Positions 23,527-37,485 of a stretch of 64,000 nt of DNA are shown here, piece after piece. Under the pieces are notes generated by a model that searched no databases, was not told the origin of the DNA, and saw only the letters and a program-made list of their open reading frames with translations. Each line of letters starts with the position of its first letter. Position 1 is the first letter of the stretch. The position numbers and the translations under genes are program-made. This DNA comes from Paraspadella gotoi (lineage: Eukaryota; Animalia; Chaetognatha), in NCBI GenBank assembly GCA_051294375.1, contig CM119268.1, forward strand, positions 23,732,773 to 23,796,772. The letters are read 5' to 3'.

Positions 23527-23616
23527 TTCTCTGTCTTTCCCTCTCTCTCAATCTCTTTCTCTCTTGGGATTCGCCACCCATTTGTTCTTGGTAGCGTCAT
23601 AAATACATGAGAGATT

Positions 23617-23689
<73 letters not shown>

Positions 23690-24414
23690 AGAAGGACAGA
23701 AAAGTTAAAGAAGATCTAACGCGGTCGCGAGTTAGACTTAAAACTAATTAACTTTCAGTTTAAAATTTTTGGAAAGTTTTTATATATAATATCCTCAATA
23801 AGTATAAAAATACTTGTACTCACTGGACTTGTATACCCTGAATTTTTTTTATTTTTTTATTTGGGGTTCAGGATTGGACTTCACACACACATAAAGAGAG
23901 AGAGAGAGAAATAGATATTTATGCTAAAATTCAGATTTAGGTTAATGTAAAATTTCGGTTAGGGTTAAGAGGATATGTTTAGTGATTCAGGTTAATGAAT
24001 AATACTATAATAATAATAATAATGATTAATAATAATAATTAAGGTAATGATTAGCTATTAGAAATCAGTGATTAGGGTTAGGGGTAAGGCTATAATTAAG
24101 GATTAGGGTTGGACATTGGGTTGAAGATTTGTAAAAGATAAGTTCGATATCAAAGGTAAAAACCAAATTCAGGAATTCACAGAAAACGAGCGTTTTGGAA
24201 ATATTTGCGAACAAAAACTCCAAAAATTCCAGAAGCAAATGAGATCTAATTTTTTTTTAAATTTGGGAAAAGAAAAAAAACGTTTGTCCTTTTGTTTTAA
24301 AAAGAAAAAAATTCTAGTTTAATTTTTGTTTTCGCTCGAATGAAGAATTTTTTTGGAATTGAGTGAATTGGACGCATAGAAACATGTTAGTACGCATATA
24401 TGAAGAAGACAGAG

Positions 24415-24454
<40 letters not shown>

Positions 24455-24562
24455 AGAGAGGAGAGAGAGAGAGGAGAGACTTCGTCTTGGCAGAACCGGT
24501 CTAAGGATCCAAGTAGTTCGTCGACTGCTCTCTCTCTCTCCTGCTCGTCTCTCTCTCTCTCT

Positions 24563-24597
<35 letters not shown>

Positions 24598-25372
24598 TGA
24601 TTGGTGAGTTCTTCTTTCTGAAGATAAGGCACGATTTCATTTTTCGAAATCATTAATCATCTTCTATTTCTTTGAAAAAATTTTGGTGGACAAGAGAAAT
24701 TAGGATATAGTGAGGAGAGAGAGAGAGAAGGAGAGAGATGAGAAAGAGAGAGAGAGAGAGAGAAGAGAAGAGAGAGAGAAGAGAGAGAGAGAACATAAAC
24801 TATGTCAAAGTTAATTTAGGTTATCTTTAAGTTAATCAATCAATGAGCTATGCGAGACTCCTTTAAGAATCATTTAATAGATCCCACAATTAATCGGATC
24901 TTTAAATTCAGAAGTAAATCCAGGTATTCATTATAAGCTTGTTAATATTAATTTAATTCTTTCCATTTCTTTCATTAGTTCAAATTTTTCTATCACTCTG
25001 TAGAATGTTCTACATCGATTGTTTTAGAAAAACAGTTTTAAATCTGTTTGTTTCATTGCCAAATTCACTTTTTTAGTTTTTAAAGGTTTCTCTCTCTTTA
25101 TTCGAAATATGATATATCTAATCGAAGTTATACTTGGAATTGAAAATAATAATGAATTAATATTTTAATTTTAAATCCTAAACTTAATATTAAATTTAAT
25201 TATAACGCTTACTCTTCGTTAATAAATTAAATTAACAATAACGACGCGAACAATAAACGACGACGCCTCTGACGACAGGACTACATCGTCGTCATCATCG
25301 GTCGTCTTTGTCGACTCTCTCCTCTCTCTCTCATGCGTCCTCTCTCTCTACTCTCTCTCTTCTCTCATCTCT

Positions 25373-25410
<38 letters not shown>

Positions 25411-26290
25411 TTCCGAATTTGCACATTCCTGAATAGTTTCATTTATCTTTTGTTTTTCTATTATGAAAGTTAAACATCTTCTCCCTTCTGTAGTAGCGAA
25501 CTGGGAATAACCTCCGACTTTTCGCTGTTCGGAAATTTTTAACAAACAAAAGGCATCGCGCGAATTTCTTTTCATCTTTTAACAAATTAATGAAAATAAA
25601 TAATTAACATGTAACATACTTTTTTAAAAAAAGACGCAAAATGGGTTGCCTATTTTACTATTTAACGAAATATTTATTTAATAAAAAATATTAAAAAGTA
25701 ATTAGCTAATAAAAAGTTTTTTTAAACGTGGTAATTATGTTATTCATTCATTTACGTTTAATATTAAAGAAATTATAAGTTTTTAATAATAAGTTTTAAA
25801 GAGGGAAATGAGGTGAGGTTGTTATTGTGATTGGTTATAGAGAGAAAGAGGAAATAGGTGAGATCTATTTTGTTTTTTAAGTCCCGTTGCAGCTCAGGGG
25901 TGAGAGGAATTGTTGGGGATTACTTTAGTGGGTTAAGTAAGAGTAACACATTGGGCGTCACTCTATCTGGGATGGGGGTAATACTGGTTCTAACTAACGA
26001 AGGCAAAAAGAAGAAGGGCAAAAATGTGTGAAACGTGTATGTACTACTAAAAGGCACAAAAAAAGGTGCTACAAAAACGGCGAGGGCCGAAATCGTAAGT
26101 GAGCGGAGAGGAGAAAGTAAGAGAGAGAAGGACGAGAAGAAGGTGTGGTTGAAAAACTGGGGTGAGGCTGTCGAAGCCCTGGGGTTTAAAAATTTGGAAA
26201 AAAAGAAAATGAAGGAAGAAAAATATTATTATTATTATTAAGTAAAACGTTTGTTCGTCGTAAAAACGAAACCCATAAAAAAGAGGATTT

Positions 26291-26379
26291 TCCCTCGAGC
26301 CGGAGTCGAACCAGCGACCTAAGGATTACTGACAAATACCAACTACAGTCCTCCGCTCTACCATCTGAGCTATCGAGGG
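26291..26379 (-). tRNA. tRNA-Tyr(GTA) with 16-nt intron (allele or paralog of 15010)
   Basis: CCCTCGATAGCTCAGATGGTAGAGCGGAGGACTGTAG-[TTGGTATTTGTCAGTA]-ATCCTTAGGTCGCTGGTTCGACTCCGGCTCGAGGGA. Confidence 0.95.
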
Positions 26380-26610
26380 ATGATATTTAAGTGATCATGT
26401 ATTTATGACAAAAATTCACATTTTAGTGCCTTATTCGGATAAAATGTTGCACAATTATTTAACTTAAATACGTAGAAACAGGTTAACTTAAGTCCCTGGA
26501 ATTTTATTGGTTGTATATTGTACATTGTATATTGCATATTGACCTCAAAATAATAATAAAAACGACAGAAAAACTAAAACAACAACAACAACAACGAAAA
26601 CCACCACAAC

Positions 26611-28927
26611 CTGAAAATTTCGTCAGTCATGAGAGCTCCCATGCACCTCGCCACCTGTTTGGCCTCAATTTCTGCATCTCCTTCGCTTCTGAAGAAAATC
26701 GAGACGAATTTTGTCGGAATCTCGATTTCTGTTCGACCCTCGAAGAGAAGCGAGGACTTAAGACGAATGAAGAGTGTCACTGATTGACCTGTTGGTGAGG
26801 GGGAGTTGGAAAAGGGGGTCACTGATTCGAAGACGGGTCACTGATTGGAAGAGGGGGGTCTCTGATTGACTTGAGGGGGTGATTGATTGGAGAAAGTGAG
26901 GTCAGCGATTGACCTGTTGGGGTTTATTAATTGGGGGAGGTGGGTCACTGATCGCGAGAGGTGGTTACTGATCAGAAGAGGGGGTCATTGAGTGGAAAAA
27001 GGTTTACTAATTGGCCTGAGGTGGTGATCGATTGGAAAAAGAGGTCACTGATTGACTTGTCGCGGGTCATTCATTAAAAAAATGGTGTCCGAGATGGAGA
27101 CTGATTGGATGAAGGGTGACTGATTGACCTTAGAGGCCTACTGATTGGAAAAAGGGGTCACTGATTATCATCTGGGGTTCATTCTCTAGAAAAAGGGTCA
27201 GTCCTTCGAAAATGGGGTCAGTGATGGACCTGTGGGGTGTCAGTGATTGGAAAGATGACCACTGAATAAAAAATAGGGTCATTGATTGGAAAAATAGGGG
27301 TCACTGATTGACGTGTCGTCAATATGTCAAACCTTTCTCCAGTTCCGGCGGCCAACCCAGAAAGACGGAATGCCCTTCCGTCCCACGGGGAACTTTTCTC
27401 ATGAAGGACCTATTGTATTTGAACTGTTTGGCTTCGGGAGTCAAATCTGGGTCAATGGGACTGGAGGGGGAGAGGCGGGGGAAGAGGAGATGGAGGAAGA
27501 GGAGGAGGGGGAAGAGTGAAAGAAGGTAGGAAAGGTTCATCTGTCATTTGACTACCAATCATACAATCACACAATCATATTTAATTCCAAATGCAACCTT
27601 TTCTCTTCCAATTTTTTATCTCCGCTTAAAGTTTTGAATCTTTCGTGTTGATGTTTTGTTTTTTGGCCAAAATATTTGCAAATCTGAAAGGAAAAAAAGT
27701 TGAAAATAAGTAAATCTGATTTTATATTGAAATTTATCTTGTAAATTCCGGACTATTGAATTGCGTTGCGCGACAAAAGATATTGAAAATATAGGGAATT
27801 TATTGTATAAGAAAACCCCAATAAAAATAAAGAAAACCAGCGACTTAAAGATAACGAACTAGTAGAGGTACAGTCCTCCAATCTACAAAGTGAGCTATGG
27901 ACGGAAAATACAATTAAAGTTCCTTCAAAAATTCATTACGATTTATGTTTTGAATTCAAAATTTAGTTTTATGTCAAGTCTGAAACGAAATAGGGCAGAT
28001 GGAGCAAAATTAACCAAGTCTTTATATCCTCAGACTTGTAACCTGATGGTCAAGTCCCTTGTTTGGCGCGTCTACTAGAAAACTAACCGAATCAACTTGT
28101 TCTTTTGTTAATCGATCACGAATTTTAGTTCCGACAAGATCCGTTAGGTCGCTAATAGTCTTGATCTCCGCATCCAAAACGACGTTTGATGGCGTCATGA
28201 GCTTTCTGACAAAAACAAAAGACATATTGTTGAAATTATAATCAAGTTTCAAAACTTTTAAATCTACTAATATAATTATGTATTTTTAGTATATATCTTA
28301 ACCTTAGATGCGATGTACTTTTGTCTAAATTTTCACTCCCCGCACATTAATCACAAAAAAAGCGCCTTTCTCGTCGATTTTTACCCTCGTTGTTCATTTG
28401 TTCAAAAAATAAAGTTTCACCTTAAATCCTCTAGAGATTTTAAAGACAAAGTAGCAACGTGAGGTTTGCTCCATCTCTCGGCTCCTTCTTCAACTGTTTC
28501 TTCAAACTTCACCCATCTGTAAAAAAAAAACATCTGTGAAGGATAAGCTGAGGATTACAGACATTTGTCATACGAAATGCTACATTTCGTATGCTGCTTT
28601 ATCTAATTAATATACTTTTTTTTATAGTGATTTCCAATTTCCAATTTTTACTTTTTGTCACAAAAGTTACTAGTTCACTGCACTAAATTCATCACAAATA
28701 ACTATTTTAGACTATTCTTTACCAAACATACATGTCATTGAATCATTCGAAATTCTGTCATAAAAAATGGAGAAATAGTCTTCAAAACCTCACAATCACA
28801 GTTTAGAGATACAATGATTTGTGAGTGATGTTTCACAGAATCCTCACCCTTCCTTACCTCGCCGTCTCCTTCCAAAAGAATTCATCTCCTTCTCTCCGAA
28901 GTTCAGTCAATTCAGTGAACAATTTTT

Positions 28928-28958
<31 letters not shown>

Positions 28959-28973
28959 GGGATCACGTGACAT
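26611..28973 (-). CDS. SLC4: Second copy of SLC4 exons 1-5
   Basis: ATG at 28973 ([33 protein letters not shown]). Exon 26779-26611 reads [40 protein letters not shown] in frame. Confidence 0.85.
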
Positions 28974-29125
28974 ATTTGACGAATCGATTCTTCTTTTTTT
29001 TTAGTCAAAATTTCGACGAAAACCGGAAAAAAAGAAAGAAAATTTGCACTGAGAAATTGAAGAGAAATTAAAAAGCTGATTTGATGTTTTTTGGTCTAAG
29101 AATAGAAAAGAAAAGAAAGTGAAAG

Positions 29126-29187
<62 letters not shown>

Positions 29188-30217
29188 AATCTTTCTCTTT
29201 TGGTAGAATATAATATTTTTTTCTTGAATAAGTAGTTTTAAAAAACTAGGGACATTTTAAAATTAGTATTTAAATGCTAACCCTAACCCTAACCCTAATT
29301 TAAGTTTTACTCCATAATTTATGATATATACGTATATAATTTATAAACCTATTACATTCCTTCAAAGAAAAACAAATAGTACAGATCTGGTCAAAAAAAG
29401 TTTAATAGTTAATAGTTATGATAAAAACATTTTATTTCATTATTTGAAAAAAACTAATACTTCTTAGGACTCATTTAATTAATATGGTATGGGACCACCA
29501 TTTGCTTCCAGCACCGCGATAAAGTATGGGGTTCAAAGTTAAACTTTTTTTTGACCAGATCTGTATTTCAGATGTAGTAGAATTCAAGACGTCGAAAAAT
29601 ATTACAAAAATGATTGTTTCTCCAAATTCGAGATAATTATTAATATTAGCATAAAACAATCAGCCTTTGACTCATGGAAGATTTCAGATTTTTTTTTCAT
29701 CGTCAAAATTTCCAACAAGGAGAATCCAGGTTGACTTTTCTCAGTGGGAGACGCGAATACTTACTCTCGCCGGAACAGGGTAAGTCAAAGGGTAAGTTAA
29801 TCTTAATCAGGAACAGAAACAAATCCACGATCTGAGGTCGAAAGAGGAATTTATGAAAAGAGAAAAAAATAAGGAAACGAAAGTTTAAAGTGTAGCGTTG
29901 AATTAATTTCGTTTTTATGAAATTGGTACAACCAATATAAAAGTTTTTTATTCATTTAATAAATAAGCTATCTTGCCCCTAACTTTGGCTTTGGTGGTTT
30001 AAGGCCTCCATCACTCTTTTGTATGATCGTTTCCCAAAATGATCATGTATACTAATTTAAAAAATATAAATAACTAAAATCTCGTTAGGTATATTCTGTT
30101 GGCCAAGTATTAATTTGTGTGGTTTAATGGCAAATAAATTATTCTTTTTTCTAGTTATATTGTAGCCTTATTCTCTTTAATAAAAAATTCCCCATCTTCC
30201 CCTTATTGAAAATAGAA

Positions 30218-30290
30218 TGCCTTTACCAAGATTCGAACCCGTATCTTCATTGCCCTAATAAATTATTATAACCATTTCGCCATCGGGCTC
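30218..30290 (-). pseudogene. tRNA-like / Pol III relic (copy about 22135-22207)
   Basis: Reverse complement has an A-box-like TGGCGAAATGG and a B-box GGTTCGAATC at tRNA spacing, but no intact anticodon arm. Confidence 0.4.
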
Positions 30291-31580
30291 TTTTACATGT
30301 TAGATGTTGATATTTCCACATTATCTATTCTACATCACTAAACTAATAATGGCCACTATTTATAAGTTTCCCCTAGAAAGAGCAGACTGCTTGTTTACAT
30401 AGGAAACTAACGACATCTAGTGATGCTCTATATTCTGATACTGTTCACTTTCACTATTAATACGGTTCAATATTTCACTCCTATTTTGAGTTCATGTCAA
30501 TAGTATCCGTTATCCACAATATAACCTCTATCTCTATATTATAAACGTAACGAAAAAGAAAGGAAAATAAGACAATTTCTAGTTATATAACCATATTTTT
30601 TATATTAATAAATCATCATTACCTAATTATACAAACGTAAAACATATGCGCAAGAGGAGTTTCAAAATACATTACCTATCTGCTAAGTATTGATCAAAAT
30701 ATCTCACCATGAGTCTAGTTATTTATATTCAAATATATGTAAAATATACCAATGGCCAGACTGACTTAGCAACCGACCGACCAATACATACCTAAGTATC
30801 TTATGAAGTTTCTTCGCATCGCAAGTAAAAAAAAAACAGTATTTCTTTCTCTCTAATTGAAGTTGACAGACAAAATCGGGGACAGAATTTCCATTTTAAG
30901 TTAAAAGTCGATTTGTCAAAAAAAGTCTCGATTTTCTACAATTGAAAAGTAGAGAAAGAAACTGAATATTGAGAAGGAGACAATGAAAGAAAAAGAAGAA
31001 GATTAATGAGAAGGAGACAAAGAAGCTAATGATTAAGAAGGAGACGATAAAAAGAAGAGATTATTAAGGAGACAATGAAAGTACTTAATCGAAACTGAAG
31101 AAGTTAATTTAATTGAGTCAAAACGAGTTTTGCTATTAAACTCTAATCAATTGGATAAAATTTGTTTTGAAAGTTCGTTTCAATCATTAGATGAATTAAA
31201 GAAAATTCGGTTGAAGCAGAAAAAAGCAAAATAAAAGCAGAACAATGCCTAAAGCGGAGACTAGATAAAGCCGAGTTATAAAAAAATGTGACTTTTTCTT
31301 TGAGGTCGAAACGCAGAATAATAAATCATAAGTGAATTAGTTTAAATATTTACAATATATAGAAAACGCGTAATACAAAAAACAGTCGATAATAAAGGAA
31401 AAAAAATTCTAAAAAAATATTTTAACAACAAAAACAAAAAAAACTTTTTTTTTCGACGTTTAATGTCAAAACACAAAATAGTTTAATTATGTATACTTCA
31501 AACTGGGGAATAAAATAACAGCTGAAGTCCTTTAATTGAATGAATTATATTGTGAATGACGCTCTCTCTGACTCTGTCTC

Positions 31581-31618
<38 letters not shown>

Positions 31619-32473
31619 CTCTGTTCTTTCCCTCTCTCTCAATCTCTTCTCTCTTTGGGATTCGCCACCCATTTGTTCTTGGTAGCGTCAATAATACCAT
31701 GAGAGATTGAAAGAGAGAGAGAGAATGGAGAGAGAGAGAGAGAAATATTTAGAAGGACAGAAAAGTTAAAGGATAGATCTAAACGCGGTCGCGAGTTAGA
31801 CTTAAACTAATTAACTTTCAGTTTAAAATTTTTGGAAAGTTTTTATATAATAATATCCTCAATAAAGTATAAAAATACTTGTACATCACTGGACTTGTAT
31901 ACCCTGAATTTTTCTTATTTTTTTTATTTGGGGTTCAGGATTGGACTTCACACACACATAAAGAGAGAGAGAGAGAAATAGATATTTATGCTAAAATTCA
32001 GATTTAGGTTAATGTAAAAATTTCGGTTTAGGGTTTAAGAGGATATGTTTAGTGATTCAGGTTAATGATAATAATACTAATAATAATAATAATAATGATA
32101 ATAATAATAATTAAGGTTAATGATTAGCTATTAGAATCAGTGATTAGGGTTAGGGGTAAGGCTATAATTAAGGATTAGGGTTGGACATTGGGTTGAAGAT
32201 TTTGTAAAAGATTAAAGTTCGATATCAAAGGTAAAAACCAAATTCAGGAATTCAACAGAAAACGAGCGTTTTTGGAAAATATTTTGCGACAAAAACTCCA
32301 AAAATTCCAGAAGCAAATGAGATCTAATTTTTTTTAAATTTGGGAAAAAGAAAAAAAACGTTTGTCCTTTTGTTTTAAAAGAAAAAAATTCTAGTTTAAT
32401 TTTTGTTTCGCTCGAATGAAGACATTTTTTTGGAATTGAGTGAATTGGACGCATGAAGAAACATGTTAGTTCA

Positions 32474-32565
<92 letters not shown>

Positions 32566-32608
32566 ACTTTCGTCTTGGCAGAACCGGTCTAAGGATCCAG
32601 TAGTTCGT

Positions 32609-32673
<65 letters not shown>

Positions 32674-32781
32674 TGCTTGGTGAGTTCTTCTTTCTGAAGA
32701 TAAGGCACGATTCAAATTTTCGAAATCATTAATCATCTTCTATTCTTTGAAAATTTTGGTGGACAAGAGAAATAGGAATAT

Positions 32782-32834
<53 letters not shown>

Positions 32835-33320
32835 AATATGTCAAGTTATTCAGGTTATCTTTAAGTTAATCAATCAATGAGGCTATGGACTCCTTAAGGA
32901 ATCATTTAATAGATCCCAAAATAATCGGATCTTTAATTAAAGAATAAATCCAGGTATTCATTAATAAGCTTGTTAATTATTAATTTAATTCTTTCATTCT
33001 TCATAGTTTCAAATTTTTCTATCACTCTGTAGAATGTTCTACATCGATTTTTAGAAAAACAGTTTTAATCTGTTTGTTTTCATTGCCAAATCACTTTTAG
33101 TTTTAAAGGTTTCTCTCTCTTTATCGAAATATGATTATTCTAATCGAAAGTATACTTGAATGAAAATATAATGAATTAATATTTTAATTTAAATCCTACT
33201 TAATTTAAATTTAATTATAACGCTTACTTTCTTCGTTTAATTAATTAAATTAACAATACGACGACGACAATAACGACGACGCCGACGACGACTACATCGT
33301 CGTCATCATCGTCGTCTTTG

Positions 33321-33358
<38 letters not shown>

Positions 33359-35149
33359 TTTCCGATTTGCACATTTCCTGAAGTTTCATTTATCTTTTGT
33401 TTTTCTATTATGAAAGTTAAACATCTTCTCCCTCTAGTAGCGAACTGGAATAACCTCCGATTTTTCGCTGTCGGAATTTTTAACAAACAAAAGGCAATCG
33501 CGGATTTCTTTTCATCTTTTAACAAATTAATGAAAATAAAATAATTAACATGTACATAACTTTTTTAAAAAAAGACGCAAGGTGCCTATTTTTACTATTT
33601 AATCGAAATATTTATTTAATAAAAAATATTAAAAAGTAATTAAAAGTAATAAAAAGTTTTTTAACGTGATAATTATTGTTATTCATTCATTTACGTTTAA
33701 TATTAAAGAAATTATAAGTTTTAATGTTTTTTAAATGACGCATTTTCATCGCTGTTTATCTCGAGTCAGATGTAATGTAATAAAAATAAAACCCAGACTT
33801 GTTTAAGAATTTATTTCATTCAATTTGAACGTTATAATGAGTATTCAAGCGATAAAACAAACAAAACAAGTTGTTTTAAACAACAATTAATTTACCCGTC
33901 CACTTTTGTTCAATGTGTATTCTTAAGTTCATTTTAATATAACTCTTCCTCAATTAAACTAAATTTAATAAAGCGAAGTTTATTTTTCTTAGTTCAATTT
34001 TGACTGAGATCGTGTCTCCCCAATGATCACTTAGACAATATAAAATTCACCTAAAATCAAAACAGTTTTTTTTTAAATCATTATTGTCGTCTGTATATTT
34101 TTCGACCATAATATTGCAAATTTATTAACGTAAAAAATCAACAAACATTAAACATTTTTTGAGCTTTTTTGAGGAACGGAAATTCGTTTTCCTTTGGAAA
34201 ACCTTTCCCTCCTAGTCTCTTAAGTAAGCGCATAAGTTGTTTTGAATAAATCAAGATTTATACTATGTAATTTTTTTATTTATCAAAGCGCTTAGCATTT
34301 AAGAGAGTAAGATAAAGGTTTTTAATCGGTTTATGTCACAGACCTATGTCACAGGCCTATGTCACAGGCATGTAAGTTTAAAAATAAAAAAAATATTATG
34401 TAAAAAAATGACGAATCAAAAAACTTCGTGCGAGATTAAGTTATTTATAAAAAATCGTGCAAAAATAGACAATTCTTTAAACAAACTTGGCACGATGCGT
34501 AAAAAGTATTAAAGAGCATAAATTGAAACAACTTCATCAATTTAGATGAAAATAAATGCAAAATGTGACCTTAAAACTAGCAAGATAGGTCAGCTTTTAG
34601 GCAATAGGAATATTTTATATTAAAAAAGCTACCTATTCAAGCTAAAAGCACTGAAAATGTTAAAATTCTATTAATAAAAATATATTGTTTTAATTTTTTT
34701 TTAAATACAAGTTTTTTCTTGATTCTTGAGCTAATTAAAATTCAATTAAAATAAATACTTTAAAGAGAAATACATTATTAAATTAAATTTTAAATAGATT
34801 TTTATCTTAAATCATGAAAATATCCAGATTCTGCAAAACATATATTTTTGGGCGATAAAAACTCCATCCTGAGATTTTACCGGCAGACTTTGCACCCGGA
34901 TACTGCACCCGGATACTGCACCCTGAACCCTGCATTCTACAACTTTAAAATAGAAATAAAGCATCTATTAAGAAGAGGGCATATTTTAACATATTTTCTG
35001 ATTTAAGCTACTTAATAAAAGTCATTTATGGATGATAACTGGTTAAAACTAAATTGGAATTATATCCATAAATAGACATTTAGAATTTAAAATAAAAAAC
35101 AATTATTTTCAATTGAGCGTCAATTCGTCTCTTACATTTCCCGGTGGCC

Positions 35150-35781
35150 ACTGGCCAGTAAGGCGTAGTGAAAGTTACATACGAAAATTCTGAATGTCAA
35201 TTATGAACAACATACATCAGTAAACATTAATTTGTAAAAAAAATTAATTTCATATTTTTTAATTTTCGCAGTAGGCTATATTTAATATATATAGTACTAT
35301 CCTTATAAAATCAAAAAATTTCAAAATAGGCTTTTCCTAATTTTGATTGCAGATTTGAATTCATCGTCAAAAGTTGATAAAAGAAAATATAAATCATTTT
35401 TAAAGATTCTTTCATTAAGTGGGCTAAAAACTAAAAAAACTATATTTAATATATAAAAAGTTGATTTTCAGATTAAAATATAGCTTTTTCTAATTTTTGA
35501 CCCACTTAATGAAGGAATTTTTCAAAAAGAGTTATATTTGCTTTTACCAACTTTTTATGACGAATCCAAATCTGCAAAAAAATTTAAAAAAAAACTGTTT
35601 TGAAATTTTAACATTTATTGGTTTAGTACTAGTATAAATATGGCCTACTGCGTAAATTGTAAAATTTATTATAAATATTTTTATTACATAAATGTTCATA
35701 AGTACAATGTTGTTCGTTCCTCACTTTTAGAATTTTAATTAAAGTTAAATTTAGGAATTTTACTACGCCTTACTGGCCAGT
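35150..35781. mobile_element. Fold-back MITE with perfect 20-bp TIR
   Basis: ACTGGCCAGTAAGGCGTAGT ... ACTACGCCTTACTGGCCAGT. The interior is also symmetric (GCAGATTTGAATTC/GAATCCAAATCTGC, TTCATTAAGTGGG/CCCACTTAATGAA). TSD not resolved. Confidence 0.85.
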
Positions 35782-35997
35782 CCTATAAATTCCGTCAGAT
35801 ATTTTAGCCGATATTTATAACGCAACAAATATCGGAGCAATTTATAAAATCTGCTATATCGAAAAACTCAGCGATACAGTAGTGATCTGTCCATCGATCA
35901 CTCCAGATAATCACTTCATCACTCCAATGATCACGTCATAAGTCGCTCCAGATGACGACCCCATCACTCCCGACGATCACACCATCGATCCAGACGA

Positions 35998-36124
35998 TCA
36001 GCCAAGATCCGGATCTTCTGCTGTACCCAAGACCCCCGAAATGCTGTAGTAAGTCCAGTAGACGAGGTTGAATACAGCGAAAGATCCGGGGAAGATTAGA
36101 CGGGAAATCTGAGAGAGAGAGGGA

Positions 36125-36163
<39 letters not shown>

Positions 36164-36636
36164 ATAAAGGGATAAAGAATCATTTTTATTTTTTAATGTA
36201 TATTTTGCAAAAACGCCCCGTTAAGCTTAAAATCATTTAGTTTTAATTGTAGGTAAATGATTAAGTAAAAAATTTGGTTAGGCCTAGGGATTTGGTTAAA
36301 GGTTAAGGGATTGGAGTTAGGGAATAAAGTCAGGGATTAAGGTTGGGGATCACAGATTCCGGTTATTGAGTAAGTTTCTGTATTAGGATAGGGATTAGAA
36401 TAAGGATTAGGCAAGGATTAAGTATTAGGGTCATAGATTGGGTAGAGGAATTGTTAAAAGATTATTTTTTGAGATTAAATAACAGCAATGGGACGTTTTT
36501 AGAGAATAGAGCCTCGTATTCACCTCGTCCAATCGTCTCGCCTTGAACGCCGGCGTCTTCTTCGCTCTCTCTTCCATTTCTCTCTCATTAGATATTTTTA
36601 CTTCGAGCGCTTCTTTACTTGGGGAACTCTGATAGA

Positions 36637-36698
<62 letters not shown>

Positions 36699-37433
36699 AT
36701 ATTGAAGAAATAGTAATAACAATATTAAATCAAACCCAAAATATTCTTACTTTTTCGTCGCCATTTGTCTTTTGTTGAGTCGCGATTTCTAAATTTTCCG
36801 CCAGATGTCCCTCTTCTCCTCCTTCTCCTCCTCCTCCTCCTCCTTTTAACCTCGAAATCGTAGTGAATCCAGTGTAACTAATCAGGACCGCGTGACAGAT
36901 GGCGTACTCTACCAGCGCCGCCGCCACGTAGACCTAAAAGAGGGCGTGACAGTGAATAATATGTGAAAGTTGTGAATGATACGCAAACGAAACATCACTG
37001 GCTGAAAAATTAATTTGCAAAGTTCATTAGTGAGAAAAGATTATCATTCTTGGCTGTACCTCCGACGTCGGTCTGTCTGTCTGTCTGTCTGTCTCTCTGT
37101 CTCTCCAACGGTTTTTCTGTNNNNNNNNNNGTCTCTCTGTCTCTCTGTCTCACCAACGGTTTTTCTGTAGTCTGTTTGTCGGTTGGTACGGCTGTCTCTC
37201 TGTTTGAGGTTGTACAACCTGTCGGTCGGTCTGTCTCTCTGCTAAAGTTTCTACCATATGAAATTGTTACCTGGCTTCCCTGGATTATGAGATGTCATTC
37301 TGTCATTTTAAAGTTAAGTTTGTCTGTTCATCTGTCCGTTCTTCAATTTTTTTGTATTTTTTAATTTTCCTTTAAGATTAATTATTTTTGCTTCGTGACG
37401 CTACGAACGTGGTTGGAAAGGATATTGCTCTCT

Positions 37434-37485
<52 letters not shown>

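Larger units (their letters stand above)
18412..33725. repeat. Direct duplication of about 7.3 kb (18412-25790 vs about 26518-33725) containing the SLC4 5' exons
   Basis: Colinear near-identity including microsatellites. The second copy also extends left (about 26200-26520, matching 14910-15243). Confidence 0.92.

Noticed and set aside
15370-29000. SLC4 tandem paralogs, pseudogenes or mutually exclusive exons
   Set aside because: Introns are as similar as exons and differences are mostly random indels near gaps; assembly redundancy is more parsimonious.
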